Made by a program: the position numbers and the translations under genes. The notes beneath the pieces were generated by a model. The model was not told where the DNA came from, searched no databases, and saw only the letters and a list, made by a program, of their open reading frames with translations. From assembly GCF_002105155.1 (NCBI RefSeq), contig NW_019029006.1, forward strand, positions 124,001 through 188,000: 64,000 bases of DNA, written 5' to 3'. The number at the start of each line of letters is the position of its first letter. The first letter of the stretch is position 1. Origin of the DNA: Lobosporangium transversale (Eukaryota). Of the stretch, positions 52,701 through 64,000 are shown piece after piece.

Positions 52701-55700
52701 GTGAGCTTAGAAATTTGCTCGCTTTCAATTGAGATTCTAGACCGACTCTCCGCATCGCCTCTCTTCACCAGTACAGTAGGCCACAGGAGCACCGCCATCA
52801 ACAGGCTAGTTCGACTCTTGCAAACTTCGTCTCTTTCCAACCAAATTCTCTACGGATTCGCTCAGAAGCTCGAGGAAGAGGAGGATGAGCAGACAGACGA
52901 GTTCGGCGTCCCCCATGCCGACCCGTCTATGGCTATTGACGGGTTAGAATCACACAACGCAGTCCAGAAGCGAGCCATCTTCGCGCCGCCTCCCATCACC
53001 GCCTCCACGGTCCGCCTCCAAATTATGCGCCTTTTACTCGACAACTTGGATGAGTCTCGTAGTCCGCCTTCAATTGCACATTTCTTGCTAGGGTACCCAA
53101 CTGAGTTCAGACTTGCAGGATCTGAGAATGTTGACATCTTGTCCAACAATCTGTCTATTACCGCTCTTAATGTTACTTTGGACTTATTACGCCGTGGTGT
53201 GGATGGACAGGATTTTGACTACACTTCTCTGTCATCCATTCCATTATATATCACTCACCCTCAACTTGCTGCAAAATGCCAAGAGCTTATTTATCGTCTC
53301 TGTGTAGAGCCGGAGACTACGAAGCCAACGATGCGCTATCTCCGAACCAATGAAGCATTCTTTTACAGGCAACTAAAGGCACTTCCTATACGATTCGAGG
53401 AGGGTCTCGAAGGTCCTCATGGCGTTTTTATTCGTCGAGATGGTTCTCAGTTCAGAGCCAACTTTTTCAACCTTCTCTCTCAGCTTTACCAACGCTCATG
53501 GGTCATGCGCACAGCTGCTTTAGAGCTGCGAGTAGCATGCGAAACGAATCAGCGCAGCGAGGCTGTTCGTCTATTATCGCTTATCTTTGACAATACTGAT
53601 AATGCACGCGCCACCAACAGTGACGATTTTATGTTTTCGATCTCGCGAGCTCGTAATGGCAACTTGGTTCAGCCTCGTGTGAAGATCCTGGAGCTTTTAG
53701 ATTCGTTTGACTTTGCTTGGGATGATGACTTGAAGATCAAGGACTTGGAACGCTATTACTTCCCAGATATTTCCGAGGACTCCTGTTTAGAGAAGGATGA
53801 GAACGGTATTGAGTTGTATAACGCACGTAAATTATTCTCACTTCTTGTTGCCCGTAAGTCGCAGCTCGAGAACGAAAATATAATCTCTGGGGTCGCTCAC
53901 AAGGCTGCAGCACATGCAGAGATTGAGGCTATCATGGGACAATGCTTGGCCAAGAATCATGCCAGAAAATTAGAAGCTGCAAGGAGAACAGCGTTTGAAT
54001 CTTGGCGCGAGTTAATCGAGATCACATTAGGTCCTGGTTTCTATTCATTGAAAGTTGAAAAACGTGAAATGATACTTTACGATATCTTGGAAGCTGTGCT
54101 TGCTAAGCTCCAGAGGGACTGTCCAGTCGACATCACTACAATCTTGTCCAAAGTTGTCCTTTCCATCCTTCAACGCCTCCGCTCAGATCACTTCCGACAG
54201 TTCATCTTCCAGGCAACTTCAACCGACCCGAACAAAATGGACACGCGTTTGCCAGCTGAACGACTACATCGTCTCGCCAGAGGGATTATTGCAAGCATTC
54301 TTCGCCCTGGAACATCAGAATCTCGATATAACATGTATTCAGCTCTTGTCAACTATTTTCAGTATACACGATCGGAGGATGATACTCTCAAGAGCGCAAA
54401 AAGCTCATCGCTCTACGCTTCAGATGTTGCAAGGTCGAAGGTAGGCAGCGGCGCTAGAAGTGCCATCGAGCTTGGAAATCAGGTTTTGGTAGCGGAGGCA
54501 GGTGAGCGTCTCTTGGAGATCGTGTGTAGAGATGCTTCAGATGTCGATCAAGTTTGCAAGATCGCTGCGTTCACGCTTCTGAATACGTTATATGGCTTAT
54601 TTGAGAAAGAGACTACCAACCGTGTGCTGGTGCATTTGGTTCAACGTAACTATTTAAAGCATTTTATTGATATCATGGCTCGGGAGGATCTTGAACTGCA
54701 AGCATGCGTCAAAGGCCGTGTGAGCAGAATGCCGATTTTGAGTGAGGCAAGGATGACCTTATTCTTGCGTATTGCTCAACGTAGGGATGGAGCTGAGCAG
54801 TTACTTGAGTATGGCTTTTTCGATGTCCTTACAAACTCTTCAGCTGTCATTGACATTCGATCCAACCTGGATTCTGCTGGTAAGTCACTTTTTTTTTTTT
54901 TTTTTTTTTTTTCCCTCTTTTTCTTCAGTAGCACTGGGGCTGATAAGTGTGAATTATGTTTATCCTCGTCACCAATCAGACTTTGGTCCATTTGAGCAAA
55001 CAGAGAGCAATCTTTATCACAACATTGTCTATCCTATGCTTCAAGTCGCCGTTGCGATCCTCGCCAATCTTGGCCGAAACCATCGTACAGCCACATCCAA
55101 GGTATAATACACAACTTGTTTGATTGATTAATGGGCAAGTTGAAATATGTGCAAGAATGATCTATGGATCCCTTGCTAAGAAAAAACGAATCAATTTCAC
55201 ATAGGCCGAATTATTTGTGACTAGTCATCAGGACACTTTTGCTTCTATTCTGAGAGATAGCGATGTGCCAACCACAATTAATTCTCTTCGTGAGCTGCGT
55301 GTCATCACCGCTTTTCTAAACCAGCTTGCTGGCCACATCGCAACCAAGTCAGCAGTGAGTGTCCTTTTCCTCCTGTTTTTTTTTTAGCATTGTGTCTGAT
55401 AATTTTCTTGAAACTTACAATCTCTGTAAATTCTATCTCAACAACTGTGTTCGGGGCCACAGTCTGCAGCATCCGTCTTTGGTCCTTTGCATAATCTCTT
55501 GTTAGCACTGATCCCTAAGTACTTTTCTGCTGATCAATGGTCACAATCTCTTCAACCTGTCAGTGACGCTGAAAAGATGATGGCAACCACATTAGCTCCT
55601 GCATTGACTGCTAGAAGTGGAACATCATTGTTCGAGCGAGATGCTAAGAACTTTGCTCGAGATATTTGCAAAAACTTGTTGTCGTATTGTCAAATCAGCA

Positions 55701-56880
55701 CAGAAAATGTCAATCGTACAGGTAATATTCATGTAGTACATAATTCTGTTTATTTTAGTTGAAAAAAAAAAAAAAAAAAAAAATTGACACTCCAAAACAT
55801 CTTTATAGCATCCAAATCATTTACACCTCTATTCACTTGGACGATTTCAAATCTGGTCAGTGGCCATGATTCGGTTGCAGTACCGTCATTGGCGACGTTA
55901 GTCGGCTTTATGAGCCGCACGACCAATGATGTTCAAGAGGCTCTGCTTCGCCATCAAACACAAGTAATCAAACTAGATAACATTGCGTCTTTGACTCCTG
56001 AGGAAAAACAGGATATTTTGCAGTCTTCGGATGAAGATTACCTGGATGAGCTTGTTGCAATCCAGAGGGATCAGCTTGCAGTTCAAGTGCTTCAAAAGAT
56101 GCTACTATCGTCCACTCAGGAGATCATGTCGGATCTCTGTAAGTGAGAATATGATGAATGATATACAAATGTTCGTTCCTGGGACGGATATACCTAAGCT
56201 CATAGACTCACCTTTTTATACACATATACTCACTTATAGACTTGCTTGAGATATCATTAACTGTGTTTTGGAGACATTTGGAATATTACCTTGGACAATA
56301 CGGAGGTCTGTTAGACGGTACAGCGTCGCAATCAAGATTGGGAGTCTCACGGTTTGGGCACAATAGTGTATTCAGTGGATTTGAATCGGGTGCTGGTACT
56401 AGTGCTGGGGGAGGCTCTGTTGGCGTATCTTCACTTAGTTTTGCGCGGAACAGCGGATTTGGAGGATTTGGTACTGCGTCGTCGATGGCAACAAGTAACG
56501 GATCAGGCGATTTTGGCATTAGTCTGAATACAAGCCAAAGTGTGAACCAGAGTTTATCCAAGAACTTTAAGCCCACTCTCGCGGAAGCACAGGCATTGAA
56601 GAGGGACGCGGGACATATGATTAAACCTGTTTTGGATAACATTGCCAGCCTTGACTTGGTGAGTTTTCAGTCTTTAATCACTTTGTTTTCATTCATTTAG
56701 AATAAGCGGGTTACTATACAGACAAAGGTAGATTGTTTAAGCTAACAACTCTTTGCCTTTTTCTTTTACTGCAATTGGCTATTCTAGACACAAGAGAGGA
56801 TGAGATGGGATAGTAGTTCAAGGAATAGTTTTATTGAACTACTTGTGCGCAATATCCGTGCTCTAGTAGAGCGCACCTAA
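49732..56880 (+). CDS. NUP192: Nucleoporin Nup192/Nup205 (multi-exon)
   Basis: LSDQLELDEYIASSLL N-terminus, IEAANKTFPETLSF, LGSSYRQPGVIPYVRFV, IAHFLLG, MRYLRTNEAFF, GERLLEIVCRDA; ~2000 aa helical solenoid. Confidence 0.9.
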
Positions 56881-57013
56881 AAAAAAGACTCGCTTTAAAA
56901 AGCAAAATAAATTTACAGTATTACAACAACCACAGCTTACATGCAAAAAGAAGTATATCAATCATCGTCAATGCCAAACGAAAAGTCATATTATGTGGCT
57001 GTCATAGTCAAGC

Positions 57014-57019
57014 ACGCGT
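57014..57019. promoter_or_regulatory. MCB element (ACGCGT) upstream of CDC6
   Basis: Perfect ACGCGT ~340 bp upstream of the CDC6 ATG; CDC6/cdc18 is a known MBF target in yeasts. Confidence 0.5.
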
Positions 57020-57358
57020 ATTTTCAGCCCTAAAGGAGCCAAATGAAAATTCTCAATCAAGATTGCAGTCCGGCGAATGTTTACGCAGAAGTCGTCTTTC
57101 CTACTCAGACACACAACAAACGACAATCATCAACCTTGCTTTGCCTTTGCCTTGCGCTGCAACTGTTGGAGATTCTGTCTAATTAATCTTTTTTTTTTTT
57201 CTTCAATTCTTTGCTGTATGTACATTGTCGCATCAATCTGTCTATGCAACGAAAACTCCACTAATAAACTGACCATCAATCGTTCTCTAACCCAATCAAC
57301 CCGTAGGCCAGAACTGAAAAAAAAAAAAAAAAAAAATAAATAAATTCGTTCAACAGCA

Positions 57359-60237
57359 ATGTCAGTCAACTTCCTCCGAAAGCGTGCCATCGTCGTCTTC
57401 TCGGACGACGAGAGCCAGGACAGTGAAGGTAAAAACGAGAATGAATGACTTTTAAGCGTCATGAGCAACCTCATCAAGTTGTCTTGAAAACTTTACTGCT
57501 TTCGAAGCGACATACTTATCGATAAATCTTCCCTATCTCACTTTTTTATACCATTATATGGCCTGGTAGCTTGGCCATCCTCCCCTTGCAAGAGACGCTC
57601 TAGAATTCTATCAGATCAACTTCTCTTGAAGGATACAGATGTGATTCCTGCACCCAATTTCGCTCAATGTCTGGCGGACGGGTTATCTGAGGACGAGCAC
57701 GATGATTTGGCCAAGCCTCTCAAGCAAGAAAAGGAGGCTCAAGCTATAGTTGAAGTGATGGAAAAAAAAGAAGGAGAAAAGTCTAAAGCCATTCAAAAGA
57801 CCATAATGACACGGAGAGCAAGAGCTGTGTCAGATGTCAGGGCTGCATTGAAGTCTTCTTCCTTCTCGCCCTCGTTGTCCTTATCAGAGACATCTCCGTT
57901 ATCACTTGTGTCCACAAAACCTTGCAGTAGCACCGAGACTATCACGCCACCGATGACGCCTACGCGCAGGAGTACTCGACAACAGCAGCAGGCTGTTCAC
58001 GGCATGGGCTCAACGACTGATAGCGTTGAAGTACCACCTAACACACCCAGAAGGGTCTCTTCATCTTTTGCAGGTACAGGAATAATGACTCCCAAAACTC
58101 CCACACGAACGGCACTCTCATGCAGTGTAAGCGGCAGTAATAATGATGTGGTAGCAAAAGGAGTTACAACCACCAGTCAAAGCACAGGTCTGACGCCAGC
58201 GATGAATAGAATGATGAGGTTGTCTAAAGGTGTGAATTTGATAGTCACGACATGATTTTTGTTTGGATATAAGCGTACCTGATTCGCGTTTTATATTGTT
58301 TATGCTCAACTAACAGCCATCCAATGTAAACGATTGACAAATGATATTTATTGTTGATAGAGAACATGAGCAATGCGACTCCTGTGACATTTAATGCTAA
58401 GGGAAGGAAATCTACCCGAAGCACACAGGGTGAGAACGAGAATACTACCAAGGTCCCTGGATATTCAACCCCTAGGCGACTGCAGAGATCTATGACACAT
58501 TCAGGAGTGACTGATACAGCTGTCCCATTTAAGGCACAATTGCACTCGCCTCCTTTGACAGGGTCTTCTCCAAACGTGAACACGTACAGCAGCAGGTCAA
58601 CACCTGCAGCAACGGGACTACTTGGATTCTACCAAGATGCAAAAACAATGTTTAGGCGTACAACTGAGCCACATAGACTTATTGGACGCGTTGCTGAGCG
58701 AGAGATGATCCAAACATTCTGTAAGGATCATATTCTGACAGCCAAGGCTGGGTCACTGTATATTTCAGGCCAACCTGGCACGGGAAAGACTGCACTGTTG
58801 AAAGAGATTATGCGGGATATGGAGCCTGAGATGAAGGCTGCAGAGCACAGGATTAAAACTGTGATGGTTAACTGCATGACGATCAAAGATCCGAAACTCG
58901 TTTATATGAAGCTATTGCAGGAATTAGGTTTGACTGTAGACAAGTCGAAAGACAAAGAAAAGGATATAACAGTCAAGGCGCTTGAATCCCTTTTTCTTTC
59001 TTCCAATGATGCTAAAAAGAATAAGCCCATGTAGTAAGGCCTAATATCTTTGTATCGCTTACAACAGATTTTTTTTACTTTATTTTGTTTTATACACGCT
59101 TCTTATCCTTTAATGTGTTAGTAATCGAATTCTTTTTTCATTCGCGATAGTGTTGTCATCCTGGACGAGATTGATCAACTGTTGACAAAGGATCAGGAAG
59201 TACTCTATAAACTCTTTGAATGGTCTTCAATGGAAGGCTCTAGATTGACGCTGTTCGGCATTGCTAACGCGCTCGATATGACAGATCGATTCCTGCCTCG
59301 ACTCAAAGCCCGAAACTGTGAACCACAGCTGCTAAACTTCAATCCATATCAAGTGGCAGAAATCCGTGCTATCATCATGGACCGTTTGTTCTCTCTGGAG
59401 GGAAAAGATGCCGATAGAGATGAGAAGGATGAGAAAGAGACAGCCACAAAGGTTCGTGTCGCACCATTAATGCAAAGGCCTGCCATTGAACTCTGTGCGC
59501 GTAAGGTAGCAGCTGCGACAGGTGATTTGAGAAAAGCGCTTGATATTTGCCGGCAAACAATCGAGATGGTAGAGATAGAGGCCAAGAAGAAGGAACGTAT
59601 TGAAAAGCTGCAGCTAAAGCGCGGAGGCTCGCCTTTGTCAGAGATCCGTTTGGCCAATCTGGAAAACCAAGTTGCAGGAGGTGCGCTTGATGCAGATCAC
59701 CTTACTATCTCTCGTCGTCAAACGGGTTCATTTGTGGACTCTATGTCTGCAGGGTCAGGCGTCACAATCCCTACTATGACGACACCAATGACGTCACCCA
59801 TGAGTTTACAAGACGCACCCAAGGTGACAGTGGAGCATGTCAAAAGAGCTTTGGCGTCAGCGTTTGGATCACCTGTAGTTCAGAAAATGAAGGCGCTGAA
59901 CGTTCATCAAAAAATTGTCCTATCAGTAATGGTGATGAAGATTCAAAGCGGCAAGGCAGCGGACTGTGAAGTTGGCAAGGTGTTTGATCATTATACTGCG
60001 ACATGTCGATCGAGTAATAAGGTCAGCGCAGTCAATCGGGGTGAGTACCAGGATCTGATCAATATGCTCGAGGCCAACGGTCTGATCACACTAAGCAAGG
60101 CCAAAGAGGAGCGGCTACGCAAGATTGGGTTGGTGCCTCGAGAAAGCGAAGTTCTGGATGCAGTCAAGGGTCAGGACATTTTGGACACTATCCTAGCAAA
60201 ATCTGGCCTTAAGCTAGGCGAATCGACAGATGTGTAG
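57359..60237 (+). CDS. CDC6: Replication licensing AAA+ ATPase Cdc6/Cdc18 (4 exons)
   Basis: GSLYISGQPGTGKT (Walker A), YVVILDEIDQL (Walker B, spliced), GIANALDMTDRFLPRL, ELCARKVAAATGDLRKALDICR; many S/T-P CDK sites in the N-terminus. Confidence 0.96.
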
Positions 60238-61791
60238 AGTGAGATGTGTATTCGTGTACTCTTTCTTTTTATATTACTTTTCATTTGGTAATCGCTTGCG
60301 TCCATATTATTGTCTATACCCTCCTTCTTTTCTGTAGTCACTATTATTCATATTTGCTCCGTCTCATTCCCCTCTTTCAATCAACTGCTTCTTGTCAATG
60401 GTACGATGCAGTGAGATGCTTTGGTCACTTGACAACAACTCATCTCTTACATTACAATTATAACACACTCAATCTCTCCTCTCCTTTCCTACCCTCACTT
60501 TGACTACCTTTCTCTTTCTCTTCTTTCGTCCTTGTTTGTGTGCTTTTATATTTTTTTTAACTCAGATGCAAAGCGCCAATCGACCTGAGTGGATATTTAG
60601 CAATTCCTACCTTTGCTCAGCTGCTCACAGTATTTTGCTCTCGATTGAGTAATTGAATTTGAAATGCAGGTTACTGAAGTTTGCTGAATAAAAAAATTGC
60701 CCCAATTATTTGTTGCACTAAACTATACTAAAGGATGGGAATGAATTGAGGGGTCATGCTTATGCAAAAAAAATATCAATTCAATAATGTTCAAAGGGCG
60801 TTGTGGAAGATATATAAATACGATCATTCAGGTTCATTTAATCTTCTGGTCCAGGCGCGCGGAATAGAGAATAACATGTGTCAATTGTGAGTAGAGAGAG
60901 CATTGACCATGCAGCAGCAGCAAGTGAGAAATGGGTCCTTGGTGTCCTTAACTATTTTTTTTAGTCTTCTTTTCTCCTTCCCTCGAGCCCATCCCATACC
61001 GACTTCAACCAATCTCATGAACAATTCACTTGAACAGTTTTGATCCAAGACACAAAACAGATTGCTGAAACTCTTTTTTGTGTTCACTTGGGCGTGAAAA
61101 ATGGAACACTATACATACATTTCTTTTCTTCATTATCCCGGACGGGGTAGCTTCTCTCATTCTTCTTCAATGTTCCCGACAAATGATCGGAATGGGAAAG
61201 GGTCCTTAATCCTATACTTTTTTTTTATGGCTATGCGTACCAATATGGATGTGAGTGTGGAAGTGTGGAAGTGTCATTGTTTGTATCCAATTAACATGTG
61301 TTCTTTTGTTTTAAAAAGCGCGCGCATGCCATGCTAGTGCAGTTTAACTTTTATGTCGACACTTCTTGACAGGAACGGGAGAAGGAGGAAAGAAAGAGTT
61401 GTGACCAGCCACATAGTTCGCCTTCGTGCAAAGTTCGTATGTATTATTTTGGGTCTATGATGTTTCCTGATACCCTATTGGCGTTACGGGAACATAAGAA
61501 ACAAAATAAGGAGAGGAAGGGAACAAGCGTAGTTGCAATATGACTGGGACGACTGTAACTGTTTACATCTCTATGCCAGAAGTCCCTAATGATAGTCTAT
61601 TGTCGGATCGATTTGTTTGATATCCTGTGATTTTCACCTGAAAGTGAACCATGCACCTTGAAAATAAAAAAAACGGACGAAAGAGAGTGGTGACAATGGT
61701 GAAGATGACACTGGTATACCTTTTCATTTAAGATATTCATATTGTCATTGTCTCTTGGCCCGTCCTCATTGCTTTTCTCCAATCTACTTTT

Positions 61792-61822
<31 letters not shown>

Positions 61823-62063
61823 CCTTCTCTGCCCCTGTGACAAGTCAGTCGGCCACCTTTAAAGCTGTTTTCTAAAATGCCATGTGCGAAATTACTATTA
61901 AATGAGGGAGTTTTTTTTAAAAATAATTTAATTCATGTCTATAGTCAGCACGCGCTCTATCATATGGCAGGGCTCTCACACTTCTCACCACACATTAACG
62001 CACACTCACACTTCCTTTGTCTCTACCATTCATTCCCTTTTCTCTTTCCTAATTTCATTACTT

Positions 62064-62098
<35 letters not shown>

Positions 62099-62316
62099 CC
62101 TTATCTCTATTCATCCCATCCTTCTCATTCTTTTTCAATCCACTCCTCCTTTTCCTCGCCGCGTATATACCTCCTTTTACACTTACGTTGCATTATACTT
62201 TTATTTATTTTTCCTCCTCGCTTTTGCTTTCTCTTCTACTCAACCCAGGATTCAATACATCTATCCCCCGCCCTTTGCTTCTCCGTTGTTTACAATAACC
62301 TTTCTTCGATACAGAA

Positions 62317-64000
62317 ATGTCTGTTTCGACATCCTCTTCTGTCTCTGATATGACCCTCGCTTCCCTGGCAGTCTCATCCTCCTCTCTGGACGATTCTGAC
62401 CCAGGATATCACTCTGCATCATCTGACTCCATAATCAAAAAGACTCAGGGATCCGCCATTAAATCCTCGGACTCTGTTGATGTCAATGCAGCTGAGTCTA
62501 TAATATCTCCTCCTGTCAGCCCTGTTGCTAATGCTACGGACAATGCTAGTCAGGATGAGGACAAATCAGATATAACCCAGCATTCAGGCACACACATGCA
62601 AAATTCTTTATCGATATCATCGTCTGATGCACAACCCCAACAACTGGACCATTCCCATCATATTCAACAACAGCAGTCCCTTTATCACACACAAACACAT
62701 TCTTCAGATATTGTAGAACACGAGTCACACCATGGATCTGATTCTGATCCAATGTTGTATCAGCAACAACAGGAGCATGAGCAGGACCAAGAAGACGGAT
62801 CAGTTCCTACATTAGAACAGATGGGTCTAGGTAACCTCAGTGAGATGGACTTACGTTTGCTTCTCCAGAATGCTTATGAAGTGATCCAAGAAAAAGAACG
62901 CAGTAAGTTCTCAAGCCCATTGTGGCTCTACGTAGTTGTCCTTTAAACTCTTTTTAGAACCTGACAAAACAGAGAAGGCCAGACTTGAGTAAAAGCGGAA
63001 TAGAGAGGAAAACAAAGGCCATCAAGCACTGACATGTGTCTGTGCTCCAATATTCTCAACTCAACCACTTTTTTTTTTTTTCCTATTCATTTTATGCTGC
63101 CCTCTTTTATTGTTATTGTAATTATCATTATTATTATTGTTGTTATTATTACTGCCACCACTATTTAATTTTTGAAGCTCGCTATTCCTTTCTTTCTCTT
63201 TCGCATGCACATATTCACTCCTTTCTCGGATTAACATATTGCTGGCATTTATTTATTGTTACCACGATTACTTTCCTATATACTTTATCACTCACACCTC
63301 CTTTTCAACAAATCAAAAACCTTAGACCTCAGTATGGCTGCAATGGTTGGACAGGACCTTGTTGAAACCAACACCAACCTGCAAGCAAAATACCAACATG
63401 CCCTGACCCAACTCAGGCATCAACGCATGCATCGTCCTCGACAGCTGACGCCTCCCCGCAAAATCATACTCTCGTCTGCACCAGACGCTGTCGGCAATAT
63501 CGCAGTCAACAGAGCCGAAGACGGTGCGCATAGTGATAATGAAAACTGGGTTGACTTTGATCAACAACCTTCATCATCGTCGGGACTAGCGGCATCTGGA
63601 TCATCCCTGCATCCTTCTGGAATTAACACCTCTAGCACAAGTCCACACCATAAGACTTCTTTCCGTAGAAACTCCAACCATCATTCTGGAATGATGAGGT
63701 CACGATCACATAAAGATATCGAAAAATTGGCGTCATTGGAAGAACTGAACGCAGAATTGCAAGCCAAGATTGACGCCATCACCAAAGAGCTGAAACAAGG
63801 ACGACGACAGGCATTCAAGCGTCATCGCAGAGCAGAGCAGGAACTCAAGACTGTCAAGAATGAGCTGGAGCGGACAACAGTCAAAGTTGTAGATCTTGAA
63901 GAGCAGAACACAAGGCTGATCGAGGCGAGTCGTATGATCAGACTGCGACGTATCCAACTTCAGAAGCAGCTTCCAGCACCAGGATCCATTCCTGGCTCAA
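62317..64000 (+). CDS. Long coiled-coil protein with CC1-box-like motif, 3' partial
   Basis: Exon 62317-62902 splices in frame to 63325, giving IQEKERNLSMAAMVGQDLVETNTNLQAKY. The frame stays open to the window end with heptad-rich LEELNAELQAKIDAITKEL. Confidence 0.75.

Overview
Intron-containing fungal genomic DNA. Gene content, short GT-AG introns and very long poly-A/T runs suggest Mucoromycota, probably Mortierellaceae (inference). About 15 genes: ATR/Mec1 (runs off the left edge), HRD3/SEL1L, an FAD monooxygenase, TOP2, SAR1, a Yox1-like homeobox factor, a secreted AA11-like LPMO, a TauD dioxygenase, ATS1/KTI13, a TMX-like thioredoxin, YIPF6, RBBP9, NUP192, CDC6 and a coiled-coil protein with a CC1-box-like motif (runs off the right edge). 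There are three non-routine elements. (1) An inverted ~570 bp copy of the TOP2 intron end plus C-gate exon lies 26 kb from its source, with a ~410 bp identical core and decayed edges. Recombination between the copies would produce a Top2 lacking its C-terminal tail. (2) About 1 kb downstream of that copy is a decayed Fanzor/TnpB-like RNA-guided nuclease remnant that is not resolved in the ORF track. (3) A 256 bp TA-flanked Tc1/mariner-pogo MITE sits upstream of the monooxygenase. No tRNA, rRNA or CRISPR array was recognised. All family assignments come from motif recognition by eye, without database searches.
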